From: an uncultured Gammaproteobacteria bacterium
GTDB lineage: Bacteria > Patescibacteriota > Microgenomatia > Daviesbacterales > UBA10151
Reading direction: 5' to 3'
DNA length: 64,000 nucleotides
NCBI GenBank assembly: GCA_964446685.1
Contig: CAYUPO010000004.1
Span: 20,164-84,163 of the forward strand
The position numbers were made by a program, and so were the translations under genes. Of the stretch, positions 51,038 through 60,766 are shown piece by piece. The notes under the pieces were generated by a model. It did not search any database. It saw nothing but the letters and a program-made list of their open reading frames with translations, and was not told the origin of the DNA. Position 1 is the stretch's first letter. The number at the start of each line of letters is the position of its first letter.

Positions 51038-51613
51038 TTAAAAAGACCTCGCAGCTATAACGATCAGAAATATCCCTGCCACATCAAGTAAATAAAGCAG
51101 TCCCAGTAACTGCCAGGTTTTCATCCGGGATACTCCCATTAACCCCAGTCCAACTTCATCAGGAAAAGGAGACATTATCACTACAGCTCCTAATATTGGA
51201 ATAATCCAAGCAAAATAAGGAGTTTTAAACAATTTTTTCAATGCTTTACCACCATGTTCCATATATAATGGCTTTAACTCTTCAAAAACTTTGTCTTTTA
51301 AATACCTCAGTATCAGATAATCTCCTACCATTCCTCCTGTACCCGCAGCTAGTGCCACACCCAAAGGATTCAGAGTATCAGCCAACTGAAACAACATCAC
51401 TGAAGCCGGAGCAACCGTAAAGATAGACACAAATAATATTCCAACAAAAAAAGCTCCCAGGTAACCAAAATTACCAATAAACTGAATAATGTTTTTTATA
51501 AACGGAGTCTCAGCAAAGAACAAAAAAACCACCACGCTGATAATTAAAAGAAAGGTGTTTTTAAATTTCCAGTGGCGCCATCTGGCGGCCAGCTCCTGTA
51601 TCTCTTCACCCAT
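51038..51613 (-). CDS. membrane protein (DedA/VTT-like)
   Basis: Multi-TM, G.GGMVGD, SPFPDE.G. Confidence 0.65.
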   Translation of the reverse strand: MGEEIQELAARWRHWKFKNTFLLIISVVVFLFFAETPFIKNIIQFIGNFGYLGAFFVGILFVSIFTVAPASVMLFQLADTLNPLGVALAAGTGGMVGDYLILRYLKDKVFEELKPLYMEHGGKALKKLFKTPYFAWIIPILGAVVIMSPFPDEVGLGLMGVSRMKTWQLLGLLYLLDVAGIFLIVIAARSF

Positions 51614-51666
51614 ATACTAACTTTAACATACCAATTACCAGCATGATATTCTATAATCATGCCTGT

Positions 51667-52614
51667 ATGTCAAATACTTCAGCTTTGCCTAAACCATTTT
51701 TAGATCGTCTTAACTCTCTTTTCGACAGTAAAACCGTTGAACTGATTTTGAAAGGTTATTCCCAACAAAGACCGACCACTTTCCGAACTAATACTTTAAA
51801 AATAACATCTGAAGATTTAGTTGCTGAACTGGAAAAACTTGATATCAAGTGTCAAAAGATCAGCTGGCTAAAAGATGGATTCGAATTAAAAACTGATAAA
51901 AAAACTTTAATTGCAACCCCGCTATATGCTGAAGGATCTCTCTATATCCAAAGTCTGACCAGTATGCTGCCACCACTTATTTTAGATCCACTGACAAATG
52001 AAAAAGTTTTAGATCTGACAGCTGCTCCTGGAAGTAAAACATCTCAATTGGCGGCTTTAATGAATAATACTGGAAAAATATTAGCCAATGACCGCCACCT
52101 GATCCGTCTGGAAAAATTAAAATACAACTTAAAAAAACAGGGTGTCACAAATACTGAGGTTAAATCTCTACAGGGTCAGGAAGTGGGAAAAAGATATCCA
52201 AATACTTTTGACAAAACGCTCCTTGATGCTCCTTGTAGTCTGGAAGGAACTTTTAGTATTCATAATCCAAAAAGTTATCAAAACTGGTCTGAGGACCTGA
52301 TCCAGGCTTTAAGCCTTAGACAAAAAGATTTGCTTTACTCCGCATATTTGGCTACTAAACCAGGTGGAACAATTGTCTACTCAACCTGTACTCTTTCACC
52401 AGAGGAAAATGAGGAAGTAGTTGATTGGTTACTCACTAAAACAGCTGGAAAAACTAAACTGGAAACAATTATTTTACCCATACCTCAATCAGTTCCTGGA
52501 TTTGATAAGTCAGCTAAGAATATTTTTGACACATCCTTAACCAATACCCTCCGGGTTTTCCCATCAGAGTTGATGGAAGGATTCTATCTAGCCAAAATTA
52601 AGAAAATAGCATAG
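51667..52614 (+). CDS. RsmB/NOP family RNA m5C methyltransferase (RsmF-like)
   Basis: DLTAAPGSKT, LDAPCS, VYSTCT..PEENE. Confidence 0.93.
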   Translation: MSNTSALPKPFLDRLNSLFDSKTVELILKGYSQQRPTTFRTNTLKITSEDLVAELEKLDIKCQKISWLKDGFELKTDKKTLIATPLYAEGSLYIQSLTSMLPPLILDPLTNEKVLDLTAAPGSKTSQLAALMNNTGKILANDRHLIRLEKLKYNLKKQGVTNTEVKSLQGQEVGKRYPNTFDKTLLDAPCSLEGTFSIHNPKSYQNWSEDLIQALSLRQKDLLYSAYLATKPGGTIVYSTCTLSPEENEEVVDWLLTKTAGKTKLETIILPIPQSVPGFDKSAKNIFDTSLTNTLRVFPSELMEGFYLAKIKKIA

Positions 52615-52700
52615 TATATTCGTAACACGATACACACAACACGAAACACCAACACAATTTATTCGTATTGCTTATTGCGTATCACTTTTCACTAACAAAT

Positions 52701-53021
52701 ATGGATTTTACAAAGAAAAAATGTGTTCCCTGTGAAACAGGTGAAGGCAAACTGACAATCGATAAAATAAAAGAATTTATGCCGGCAGTCGAAGGCTGGC
52801 TTTTAGCTGGCGATAATCTGGTTAAAGAATTTAAATTTAATAACTTCAGAGAATCAATCAAATTTATCAACCAGGTAGCTGATCTGGCCGAAGAAGAAGG
52901 CCACCATCCGGACATCATCTGTTTTTACGACAAAGTTCGCCTTCAACTAACAACTCACGCCGCCCACGGCCTAACAGAAAACGATTTCATAATGGGAGCG
53001 AAGATTAACAATCTGAGCTAA
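52701..53021 (+). CDS. pterin-4-alpha-carbinolamine dehydratase
   Basis: C.PC, F.F.NF, AEEEGHHPDI, TTHAAHGLTENDFI. Confidence 0.94.
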   Translation: MDFTKKKCVPCETGEGKLTIDKIKEFMPAVEGWLLAGDNLVKEFKFNNFRESIKFINQVADLAEEEGHHPDIICFYDKVRLQLTTHAAHGLTENDFIMGAKINNLS

Positions 53022-53123
53022 CATTTCAAGCTCTGCTTATCTTAGCCGCCAAAATTAACAATTTTTAAATAAAGGGCTAAGAGAGCTTTGCTCATAATGG
53101 GAGCGAAGATTAACAATTTATAA
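52989..53123 (+). repeat. three tandem versions of the dehydratase 3' end
   Basis: IMGAKINNLS* (live), ILAAKINNF* (53039-53068), IMGAKINNL* (53094-53123), separated by small hairpins. Confidence 0.88.
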
Positions 53124-53329
53124 ATTATTCCACTTGTCATGCTGAACTAGTTTCAGCATCTACCCAAAATTGTAGTTCTCCACTTCGGTCGAACAATAAA
53201 ATCATTTTTGTTACTGCCTCTTAAATAAACCTAAAAAAATATTTTTCGAGTGATTAGCGAGAAATTACCTAAAATTATATTTATTTGAAATTTCTCACGT
53301 AAATTCTTATTTAATTCGTTCGAAAAATA

Positions 53330-54805
53330 TTAATATTTCGGTTCCTGAGGCGGATTAGCAATAAAATCTTTAGCTTTTTCTATTCTTTCCAATGACTTAT
53401 TCTCCCCCAAGATTTTCATACTTTCAAAAAGCGGTGGTGACACCAGCTGTCCTGAAACAGCAGCCCTGAGCAACTGGAAGAAATCCCTATTGTGTATTTC
53501 TAAACTTTTGGCCAAATCCTGAAGCGATGTTTCAAACTGTTCTTTTTCCCAACTTTCTCCTAAACCATCCAACACACTTTTTATTTTTTCTAGGACACTA
53601 ACTTTGTCTTCAATTTTTATTTTATTAAACACTGACATATCATACTCAGGTTCTGCATAAAGAAAATCTGTCAGTGGTATAAAGTCAGACAATTTTTTAA
53701 TTCGTTCTTTTATTAGTGGAACAACTGGAGCTATCAAATCCTTTTTTGGATGATCTACCAGATAATCCTGCAGTCTTTGTGTCAGATCCTGATCAGACAT
53801 CTGTCTGATATATTCCCCATTCATCCATTCCAGTTTTTGCAGATCAAACTTAACTCCATTTGATCTGATTTCTGTTTTAAAAGGTTCAAGATCAAATGCC
53901 TGAGCAAAATCCATTAAAGGAAAAATCTCTTTTCCTTCAGGATGGTTCCAGACAATATTTGCCAGATAATTTAATACAGCTTCCGGTAAAAAACCTTCTT
54001 TCTGATAGTACTCAACTGAAGTGTGGCCATGCCTTTTTGACAACTTTCCTCCACCTTCACTGTTTAAAAGAAGTGGAATATGCATAAATATCGGCATTGA
54101 GTCTTTCCAACCAAAATATTCATACAGCAGCTGATGTTTTGGAAATGAAGATATCCATTCAGTACCACGGATAACATGGGAAATTTTCATTAAATGATCA
54201 TCCACCACAACAGCCAAATGGTAAGTTGGATAACCATCAGCTTTTAAAATCACCTGGTCATCAATCTCTTTACTGTCAAATTCGATAGTACCGGTGATAG
54301 CATCAGCAACAATAATCTTAGTATTTTCCGGGATTTTCATTCGGACCACAAAAGGCAGTTCTTTTTTTAGGTTATCTTGGACTTGTTCATCACTCAGCAA
54401 TAAACAAGTTCGGTCATATCTGGGAGCTTGATGATTTTTTTCCTGCTGCTTTCTCATCTCATCTAAACGTTCTTTTGTACAAAAACACCGGTAGGCATGA
54501 CCTTTTTCCAATAGTAAGTCAGCATGTTTTTGGTATATTTCCAGTCTTTCAGATTGCCGATATGGGCCGACCTCACCAACTTCACGCGGTCCTTCATCAG
54601 GCAACAAACCTGACCACTTTAAACTGTTATAGATAACATCTTCAGCACCTTCGACAAATCGACCTCTATCCGTATCTTCAATTCGCAGAATAAACTTACC
54701 ACCAGCTTTTTTGGCTATCACATAGTCAAACATCGCCTGGTAAACCAAGCCCAAATGCGGATAACCGGTCGGAGATGGTGCAACACGCACACGTACGTCA
54801 CTCAT
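53330..54805 (-). CDS. gltX: glutamate--tRNA ligase
   Basis: RVAPSPTGYPHLG, LRIEDTD, YRQSER, KLSKR. Confidence 0.97.
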   Translation of the reverse strand: MSDVRVRVAPSPTGYPHLGLVYQAMFDYVIAKKAGGKFILRIEDTDRGRFVEGAEDVIYNSLKWSGLLPDEGPREVGEVGPYRQSERLEIYQKHADLLLEKGHAYRCFCTKERLDEMRKQQEKNHQAPRYDRTCLLLSDEQVQDNLKKELPFVVRMKIPENTKIIVADAITGTIEFDSKEIDDQVILKADGYPTYHLAVVVDDHLMKISHVIRGTEWISSFPKHQLLYEYFGWKDSMPIFMHIPLLLNSEGGGKLSKRHGHTSVEYYQKEGFLPEAVLNYLANIVWNHPEGKEIFPLMDFAQAFDLEPFKTEIRSNGVKFDLQKLEWMNGEYIRQMSDQDLTQRLQDYLVDHPKKDLIAPVVPLIKERIKKLSDFIPLTDFLYAEPEYDMSVFNKIKIEDKVSVLEKIKSVLDGLGESWEKEQFETSLQDLAKSLEIHNRDFFQLLRAAVSGQLVSPPLFESMKILGENKSLERIEKAKDFIANPPQEPKY

Positions 54806-54861
54806 GCGGTTATTATAACATTGAATGTAATCCGTTATAATATAAAGAAGACCAACCTGCC

Positions 54862-55899
54862 ATGACACTCACTGAAACAGCTCTGTTAACTAAAAAAGCC
54901 CTCCTTTTCTCAGCAATTTTCTCTGTTGTAGCTATTTTTGCCTGGGCAGGCTATCAGTATTGGTACTACCAGGTCTATCTACCTAGCCGGCCGGTGGTCG
55001 AAGAAAAACCAGACGAACTATTTGGCCCACTTCCCCGGCTTTTTATAAAGCAAAATGCAGCTGATTCTAAAGCATATAACTACAAATTAGATACTGACAC
55101 CGGTGGATTGCCTGATAAAATACCCAAACTATACAAAGTCTATTCAGTTGCCCAGCTAGCAACCGATCTTTTAGCTTTAGACAGAGCCAAAAGTCTGGCT
55201 GGACTGATCGGCTTTAACCGAGGGTCACAGGCTATCTCAGCCACTCAGTATAAATTCCTGGATCAAACAGGGGGTGAACTGACAATTAACCTCGATACCG
55301 GTAACTTTCATATGACCAGACCCATCGCCTCTGTCAGTGCTGAGATCAATGTTGAAACCAGAGAAAATTTCCAAAATTCAGACAAAGTTGCAGACGATTT
55401 CAAAAGTTATCTTTCAAATAAAAGTTTATTAAAAGATCAGCTTCGAAACGGTAAAACCAAAGTTTTGTATGATAGATCACAAGGAGACCCCAATAAAGCC
55501 ATTATCAATATCTGGCAGGAAGATGTCGATGAGACCCCATTGGTAACTCCCACATATAACGAAGCTTTGGTCAAAGGAATGGTCACAAATTTTAGAGATG
55601 AAGTCAGAAAATACGTTTACCTGGATTACACTTTTTGGCCAATTGATCTGAAAAATTCCAGTACTTACCCATTAAAAACCGGTGAAGAGGCCTATACAGA
55701 TCTGCAGAAAGGTAGTGCCATTGTGCCATTTTCACAGGCTAAGTCAGGCGGATTTGTCTCTATCACAAAAATTTATTTAGCCTATTTCCTCAGCGAAGAA
55801 TATTCACCATATCTTCAGCCGGTCTATGTCTTTGAAGGTCCAGAATTCATCGGCTACGTCCAAGCAGTCAAAGAAGCATCTATTGACCCAACTCAGTAG
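54862..55899 (+). CDS. hypothetical membrane-anchored protein
   Basis: N-terminal TM; C-terminal LAY.......YLQPVYVF. Confidence 0.75.
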   Translation: MTLTETALLTKKALLFSAIFSVVAIFAWAGYQYWYYQVYLPSRPVVEEKPDELFGPLPRLFIKQNAADSKAYNYKLDTDTGGLPDKIPKLYKVYSVAQLATDLLALDRAKSLAGLIGFNRGSQAISATQYKFLDQTGGELTINLDTGNFHMTRPIASVSAEINVETRENFQNSDKVADDFKSYLSNKSLLKDQLRNGKTKVLYDRSQGDPNKAIINIWQEDVDETPLVTPTYNEALVKGMVTNFRDEVRKYVYLDYTFWPIDLKNSSTYPLKTGEEAYTDLQKGSAIVPFSQAKSGGFVSITKIYLAYFLSEEYSPYLQPVYVFEGPEFIGYVQAVKEASIDPTQ

Positions 55900-55906
55900 T
55901 AGTATA

Positions 55907-56034
55907 AAATTTCTAATTTCTAAATAACTATAAATATCTGGTTTAGATATTTGTTATTAAGACATTATTTAGAAATTAGAAATGAGGCAAGCCTCTTTCG
56001 AGCTTTGCTCAGAAATTAGAATAATTAGAAATTT
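55907..56034. repeat. tttctaa/ttagaaa heptamer palindrome with nested double mini-hairpin
   Basis: gaggcaagcctc and gagctttgctc lie between two agaaattaga copies. Confidence 0.75.
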
Positions 56035-56041
56035 GCGGCTT

Positions 56042-57007
56042 TTACTCACTTACTTCCCAGCTATAATTTTGCCAGATCCAGTCCATAATTTGTTTTGTTT
56101 CTCCAAAACGATCAGCACTGTTAAGCAGCACAATTAAAATCCGGTGGTTATCTTTTTCGACCAGTGTTACCAGATTTTCACCACTTAGCTCGGTTGTCCC
56201 TGTTTTAATACCAACAACCCCATCCTGACCAAGTAACTTGTTTAGGTTATAAAGCAGATGTTGTTGGGATTTATCATAAGAAATAACTGAAGTATTTTTA
56301 GTTGCTACTATTTTAGAAAGTAATGACTGCCTAGTAAATTCTTTAGCGATTTGAGCCATATCAAAGGCAGTCGTATAATGTTCATAGTTATCAAAACCAG
56401 CTGGATTCTGAAAATGAGTATTTTTTAAACCCATTTCTTCAGCCTCTAGATTCATCTGAGCAACAAAATTACTCAATCCCCCAGGATAATTATACGCCAG
56501 AGTATAGGCAGCATCATTCCCTGAATTTAAAAGCATTCCATAAAGCAAACTCCTAAATGTCATCTGTTCCCCGGATGAAAGTCCCATACTGGATCCACCG
56601 ACCAACGCAGCAGGTGGGACAATCAATACTTCTCCGGATTTAAACTGTTTTAAGGCCACAATGGCAGTCATAATTTTTGTAGTAGAAGCCATTGATAAAC
56701 GGTTATGAATATTTTTCTGATAAAGTGGCTGATCTAAATCCATATCAACGGCATAAACACCCAATGCTGATGCTGAAGGAGTTGCAATATCTTTTGACTT
56801 TACAGTAATAACAGGCGCTTTGCTAACTCCGGCAATTTCCGGCTCCATCACAGCGATTGGTGAAGGAATCTCATTTGATGCACTGATCTTACTCTCAGCT
56901 AAGCGGACAACCTGAGGTGTACTGATCAGGAAAAATAACACAGCGGTAAATGCTGCCAGACTGATCAAAAGAGGCAGATGTTTAAACAGATTTTTTATCT
57001 TTGCCAT
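56042..57007 (-). CDS. D-alanyl-D-alanine carboxypeptidase (peptidase S11)
   Basis: MASTTKIMT, SGND, KTGTT. Confidence 0.94.
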   Translation of the reverse strand: MAKIKNLFKHLPLLISLAAFTAVLFFLISTPQVVRLAESKISASNEIPSPIAVMEPEIAGVSKAPVITVKSKDIATPSASALGVYAVDMDLDQPLYQKNIHNRLSMASTTKIMTAIVALKQFKSGEVLIVPPAALVGGSSMGLSSGEQMTFRSLLYGMLLNSGNDAAYTLAYNYPGGLSNFVAQMNLEAEEMGLKNTHFQNPAGFDNYEHYTTAFDMAQIAKEFTRQSLLSKIVATKNTSVISYDKSQQHLLYNLNKLLGQDGVVGIKTGTTELSGENLVTLVEKDNHRILIVLLNSADRFGETKQIMDWIWQNYSWEVSE

Positions 57008-58325
57008 TGGTTATTTTCGATAAACGAATATCGACCCTTTCCATATCTCGTGGAAAAAGAGATGCTTCACGAATATTTGGCAACCCCAGGAGTAACCAGG
57101 TTAAGCGTTCCAATCCGTAAGAAAATCCACCTTCAGGCGGCATACCATATTTAAAAGCCTGCAGATACATTTCAAAGTCGTCTGGATTCATTCCCCGCTC
57201 TTTCATGATCGAAACCAGCTGATCATAATCATTTACTCTCTGGCTGCCACTTAAGATCTCAACTCCTCTAAACAACAAATCATAACTCAAGCTAAATTCC
57301 GGATCTTCCGGGTCAGGCATGGTATAAAAAGCTCTTTTAGCAGTCGGATAATGAGTAATTGTTACAAAATCAGAACCATGTTCTTCTTTAGCCCACCGAC
57401 AAATTTCCCGTTCATCCTCTGGTTCCAGATCTTTTTCTTTTCTGTTATCCCGTCCGGTTCTGTCAAAAATAATTTGCTGAGCCTCTCGCATTTTTAGTCG
57501 CGGGATAGTACCATAAGACACTGGTTCAAAACCAAAATCTTTTAATATATCTGCGCAATGCTCCTCAGCATATTTAAAAGTATTAGTTGCTACAAATTCC
57601 AGATGATCCATTAACTGAGTAAAATCAACAAATCCAAATTCACAATCCATTTGAGTGGCTTCTGACAAATGCCTGGTAGTAACTGATGGTTCAGCCCTAT
57701 ATGCATGAGCGATTGTAAACACTCTTTCAAAAGCTGGAATCAACATCTGTTTATAAAGCTGAGGACTTTGCGTCATATAGGCAGAGAATCCATAATAATC
57801 AACCCGAAACACTTCAGAACCACCTTCTGAAGCGGCAACAGCAATAGTTGGCACCACAATTTCAGTACAGTCTAACTCAGTAGCTGCTTTTCTAAATCCT
57901 TCAAGGAGTGCTGCCTGTACTTTGAAAATAGATTTTACTTTAGGATGTCTTAATGTCAGAGATCTGTTATCGAGCAAAGTTGGCAGCTGCAAATCCAACT
58001 CTTTATTTGACATATCAAAAGGCAGTTCAGCTGCTTTGGATAAAACCTCTACTTTAATGGACTGCATTTCTATTTTTCCGGTTGGAATATTTGGATTGAC
58101 CAGTTTTTCCGGACGCTCAGCAATTTTTCCGGTTATCTGAACTACATCCTGCGAACGGATATCACCCAATAAGTCTCCAGTACAAAAAACCTGAATCACA
58201 CCACTTCTATCTGCCACATCCAAAAACCCAATTTTTCCATGATCACGCCTGACCTGCACCCAGCCGGCAATTGTCACTTCCTCACCTATTTTGTTATTAC
58301 AATCTAATATTAACGTTCTTTGCAT
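56982..58325 (-). CDS. aspS: aspartate--tRNA(Asp/Asn) ligase, short archaeal-type
   Basis: OB-fold, QSPQLYKQ, YRAEPS.T.RH, GMPPEGG.SYGLERL, FPRD; no GAD insert. Confidence 0.94.
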   Translation of the reverse strand: MQRTLILDCNNKIGEEVTIAGWVQVRRDHGKIGFLDVADRSGVIQVFCTGDLLGDIRSQDVVQITGKIAERPEKLVNPNIPTGKIEMQSIKVEVLSKAAELPFDMSNKELDLQLPTLLDNRSLTLRHPKVKSIFKVQAALLEGFRKAATELDCTEIVVPTIAVAASEGGSEVFRVDYYGFSAYMTQSPQLYKQMLIPAFERVFTIAHAYRAEPSVTTRHLSEATQMDCEFGFVDFTQLMDHLEFVATNTFKYAEEHCADILKDFGFEPVSYGTIPRLKMREAQQIIFDRTGRDNRKEKDLEPEDEREICRWAKEEHGSDFVTITHYPTAKRAFYTMPDPEDPEFSLSYDLLFRGVEILSGSQRVNDYDQLVSIMKERGMNPDDFEMYLQAFKYGMPPEGGFSYGLERLTWLLLGLPNIREASLFPRDMERVDIRLSKITNGKDKKSV

Positions 58326-58355
58326 ACAAGCAATTGTACCTTTTCAGGCTCAGAT

Positions 58356-58520
58356 TTGACAAGGATCAGAAGTTATGTTTAAAATACCCAAATAACCATG
58401 AAAACTTGGACTAACAGTTTTTTTACTTACTTTACCTTCCTCAAGGAGGGGGCTGTTTAATGTCTTAAAAGACACCAAGTCTAAAGACAATAGAAGCCTC
58501 CCAAACGGGAGGTTTTTTTT
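58356..58520 (+). promoter_or_regulatory. attenuator-like unit 1: promoter, leader MKTWTNSFFTYFTFLKEGAV* (58398-58460), terminator 58494-58520
   Basis: TTGACA-18-TAAAAT; ggagggggct in last leader codons partly complementary to agcctccc of terminator aagcctcccaaacgggaggtttttttt. Confidence 0.65.
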
Positions 58521-58562
58521 GATCTTTTTTTAGAAAAATAATAAAGAAAGGAGGATAAAAAT

Positions 58563-58760
58563 ATGACACAAATTGAAGTTATAAGAACTGATTTATTACG
58601 ACCAAATCATGCTTTAAGAACAATTGAAGAGATAAGTCAGAGACCTGATGCTATCGCTTCAAAAGAAAGAATAGAACGTCTGAACGCTTCACCCAAAGCA
58701 AGAGCAGCAGCAGAAGCCAGAGCAGTAGCTCTTTTAAAAGCCTTAACAAAAAGGCCATAA
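58563..58760 (+). CDS. small hypothetical protein
   Basis: AAAGAAAGGAGG SD before ATG. Confidence 0.7.
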   Translation: MTQIEVIRTDLLRPNHALRTIEEISQRPDAIASKERIERLNASPKARAAAEARAVALLKALTKRP

Positions 58761-58798
58761 AAAAGTAAAAAAATAATTAAAGAAAGGAGGAAATAAAT

Positions 58799-59041
58799 AT
58801 GAGTGAAAGAAAAAATAGACCTATGTATTCAGGATTAGCAGGTGTCAGACCAGAACCAGTAAATTTTGGGCCCGCTAATCATGTGGTTGAAACCACCGCG
58901 GAAGTAAAAGCTACAGAAAAAAAGTTAGTAACTTATTCTGCCGAAGATCAGATTCGCGCATTAACCAGGATGACAATTGCTGCTGGATCAGATAGAGACA
59001 CTAGCAAACCAAGAACTAAAAATAATTGGACAGGACATTAA
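58799..59041 (+). CDS. small hypothetical protein
   Basis: AAAGAAAGGAGG SD; followed by gatgggag/ctcccatc hairpin. Confidence 0.7.
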   Translation: MSERKNRPMYSGLAGVRPEPVNFGPANHVVETTAEVKATEKKLVTYSAEDQIRALTRMTIAAGSDRDTSKPRTKNNWTGH

Positions 59042-59090
59042 AAATTTAACGATGGGAGTGCTACATGTGCTCCCATCAATAAATGATAAT

Positions 59091-59289
59091 TTGACAAAAA
59101 CTATTACTGTTGTGTATCATTCCTCAAGTATGCAAAATACAGTTGCTTTAAAACAGACAAATATTATTAGTATTAGCCTCCTTCTCGTGGTGGTGCTCCT
59201 TGTGAGCATTTCAACCGGGAGGGCTTTTTTTAGCTAAAAACTAAAAAAAGTAAGGAATACCTAAGCCTCCCGAATGGGAGGTTTTTTTT
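59091..59289 (+). promoter_or_regulatory. attenuator-like unit 2: promoter, Ile/Leu/Val-rich leader (59130-59237), terminator 59263-59289
   Basis: TTGACA-18-TATCAT; leader MQNTVALKQTNIISISLLLVVVLLVSISTGRAFFS*; agcctcc / cgggagggctt / aagcctcccg / gggaggtttt alternative pairings. Confidence 0.72.
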
Positions 59290-59321
59290 GTTCAAAAATA
59301 TAAAGAAAGGAGGTGTTACAA

Positions 59322-59612
59322 ATGAAAAAAATTGAAAATGGAAATATACCTGGAGTAAGAATGGATAAACAAGATGCTCCAAGAATTAGAGCAAGATCAG
59401 GAGGAGTTGTTTATGGAACACATTTCGTTTACGACTCTGATGGGCCAATCTTGCCCGTTAGTGGTACAACTGAACGTTTTAATCCAAACCACACAAATTG
59501 GCAGGCAGTTGTTGAAATGATTGGCCAAAATCCTAACATGGATATTGAAACTGCAAAAAGAAAATCAATTCAATATGCTGCAGAAAACAGGACAGAATTT
59601 GGAACAAAATAA
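59322..59612 (+). CDS. small hypothetical protein
   Basis: AAAGAAAGGAGG SD 8 nt before ATG 59322. Confidence 0.7.
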   Translation: MKKIENGNIPGVRMDKQDAPRIRARSGGVVYGTHFVYDSDGPILPVSGTTERFNPNHTNWQAVVEMIGQNPNMDIETAKRKSIQYAAENRTEFGTK

Positions 59613-59692
59613 GGAGAATAATAATGTGTTTTATTAAACTGGAGGAGTTCAAAAGCAACTCCTCCAGAAAAAAATAAATTATATAAAAAAAT

Positions 59693-60040
59693 ATGTTAAG
59701 TATCGAAAAAATATTACCAGATGGAGAAAAAGAATCTAATATTAATGATTCGTACTCTTTTGTGGATGAAATTAGAAATATAAATCTTGAAGAATATAAA
59801 GTAGAAATTTCAACACGTAAAAGAACTGTACAAATAGTAATGCGGAGACCTCTTCTTACTCAACTGGATGAGAGATTAAGGTTATTAAAAACTTTATACC
59901 CTGCAGCAAGAAGAACTAAATGGGGCAAGAAAATACCAAATCCAGAATATAAAAAAGCCAGTTTACCAATACAAGAATACAGGAAACAACTTTCCCGCGT
60001 CCAAAAAGCAGACAGATTAACTTTAACTGGAAAAATTTAA
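59693..60040 (+). CDS. basic hypothetical protein
   Basis: 115-aa ORF after a ctggaggagtt/aactcctccag hairpin. Confidence 0.55.
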   Translation: MLSIEKILPDGEKESNINDSYSFVDEIRNINLEEYKVEISTRKRTVQIVMRRPLLTQLDERLRLLKTLYPAARRTKWGKKIPNPEYKKASLPIQEYRKQLSRVQKADRLTLTGKI

Positions 60041-60041
60041 T

Positions 60042-60518
60042 ATGACAAATAAAGACGTATTTTTAGTTAAATACCCTGATCCAGGATTCGGAATCACCAA
60101 CACACATCCGATTATACGTACTGAAGGATTAGCAACATGTATTGCAACTGGTGGTATTTTTTCAAATAAAACGAATGAATCTTCTTTATTTATGATCCAC
60201 CAACCTGATTATGCCCATTCTTCACATATCTCTATACTACAGGAAATACTGATAAATTCACATGGTAAACTAATTGTTTTTGCCAAAATTCCTGATCAGC
60301 TAAAGCCACCTTACACAGTAAATATTGATCTTCAAAATTCTGAAACTTATGCAAAAGCTCTTGAAATATTTCTAAAAAACTTAAAAGAAGGTTTTCCTAA
60401 ATTTGATATCAACTTTCTTCCTTATGGTTCACGAAAAAACCCAACACTCTACTCATATGCCGAGATTGATCTTATTCAAAACTTAGCCATAACAGATTAC
60501 GGCTCAGTTATTATTTAA
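60042..60518 (+). CDS. hypothetical protein with CheD/CNF-like Cys-His motif
   Basis: IRTEGLATCIA...FMIH pattern. Confidence 0.5.
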   Translation: MTNKDVFLVKYPDPGFGITNTHPIIRTEGLATCIATGGIFSNKTNESSLFMIHQPDYAHSSHISILQEILINSHGKLIVFAKIPDQLKPPYTVNIDLQNSETYAKALEIFLKNLKEGFPKFDINFLPYGSRKNPTLYSYAEIDLIQNLAITDYGSVII

Positions 60519-60522
60519 ATAT

Positions 60523-60753
60523 TTGACTCAAAAATAAATACAAATTATAATATTTTTATGTGTTCCTATATTAGTTTTTCTATTATTATTGCCCCCATTA
60601 AAATCGCTAGATTTCAATCTCCGATTATTGTTAGCCCTAAGGGGCGCTATTTTGGGAGGCTTTCTATTTATTAGAAATTAGTACTTAGAAATGAGCGAAG
60701 CTCCTGCTTCGCAGTTAGAAATTTTTAAAGCCTCCCAAATGGGAGGTTTTTTT
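60523..60753 (+). promoter_or_regulatory. attenuator-like unit 3: promoter, Ile-rich leader (60558-60674), terminator 60727-60753
   Basis: TTGACT-17-TATAAT; tttgggaggcttt (60651-60663) is the exact reverse complement of terminator arm aaagcctcccaaa. Confidence 0.75.
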
Positions 60754-60766
60754 GTGGAAAGGAATT

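Noticed and set aside
59055-59067. 13-nt match ggagtgctacatg to an nrdJ spacer
   Set aside because: Short enough to arise by chance in 64 kb, and it lies in a differently paired terminator-like hairpin.
58977-59237. 86-aa ORF from TTG
   Set aside because: Spans a terminator-like hairpin and promoter; only the ATG 59130 portion is credible.
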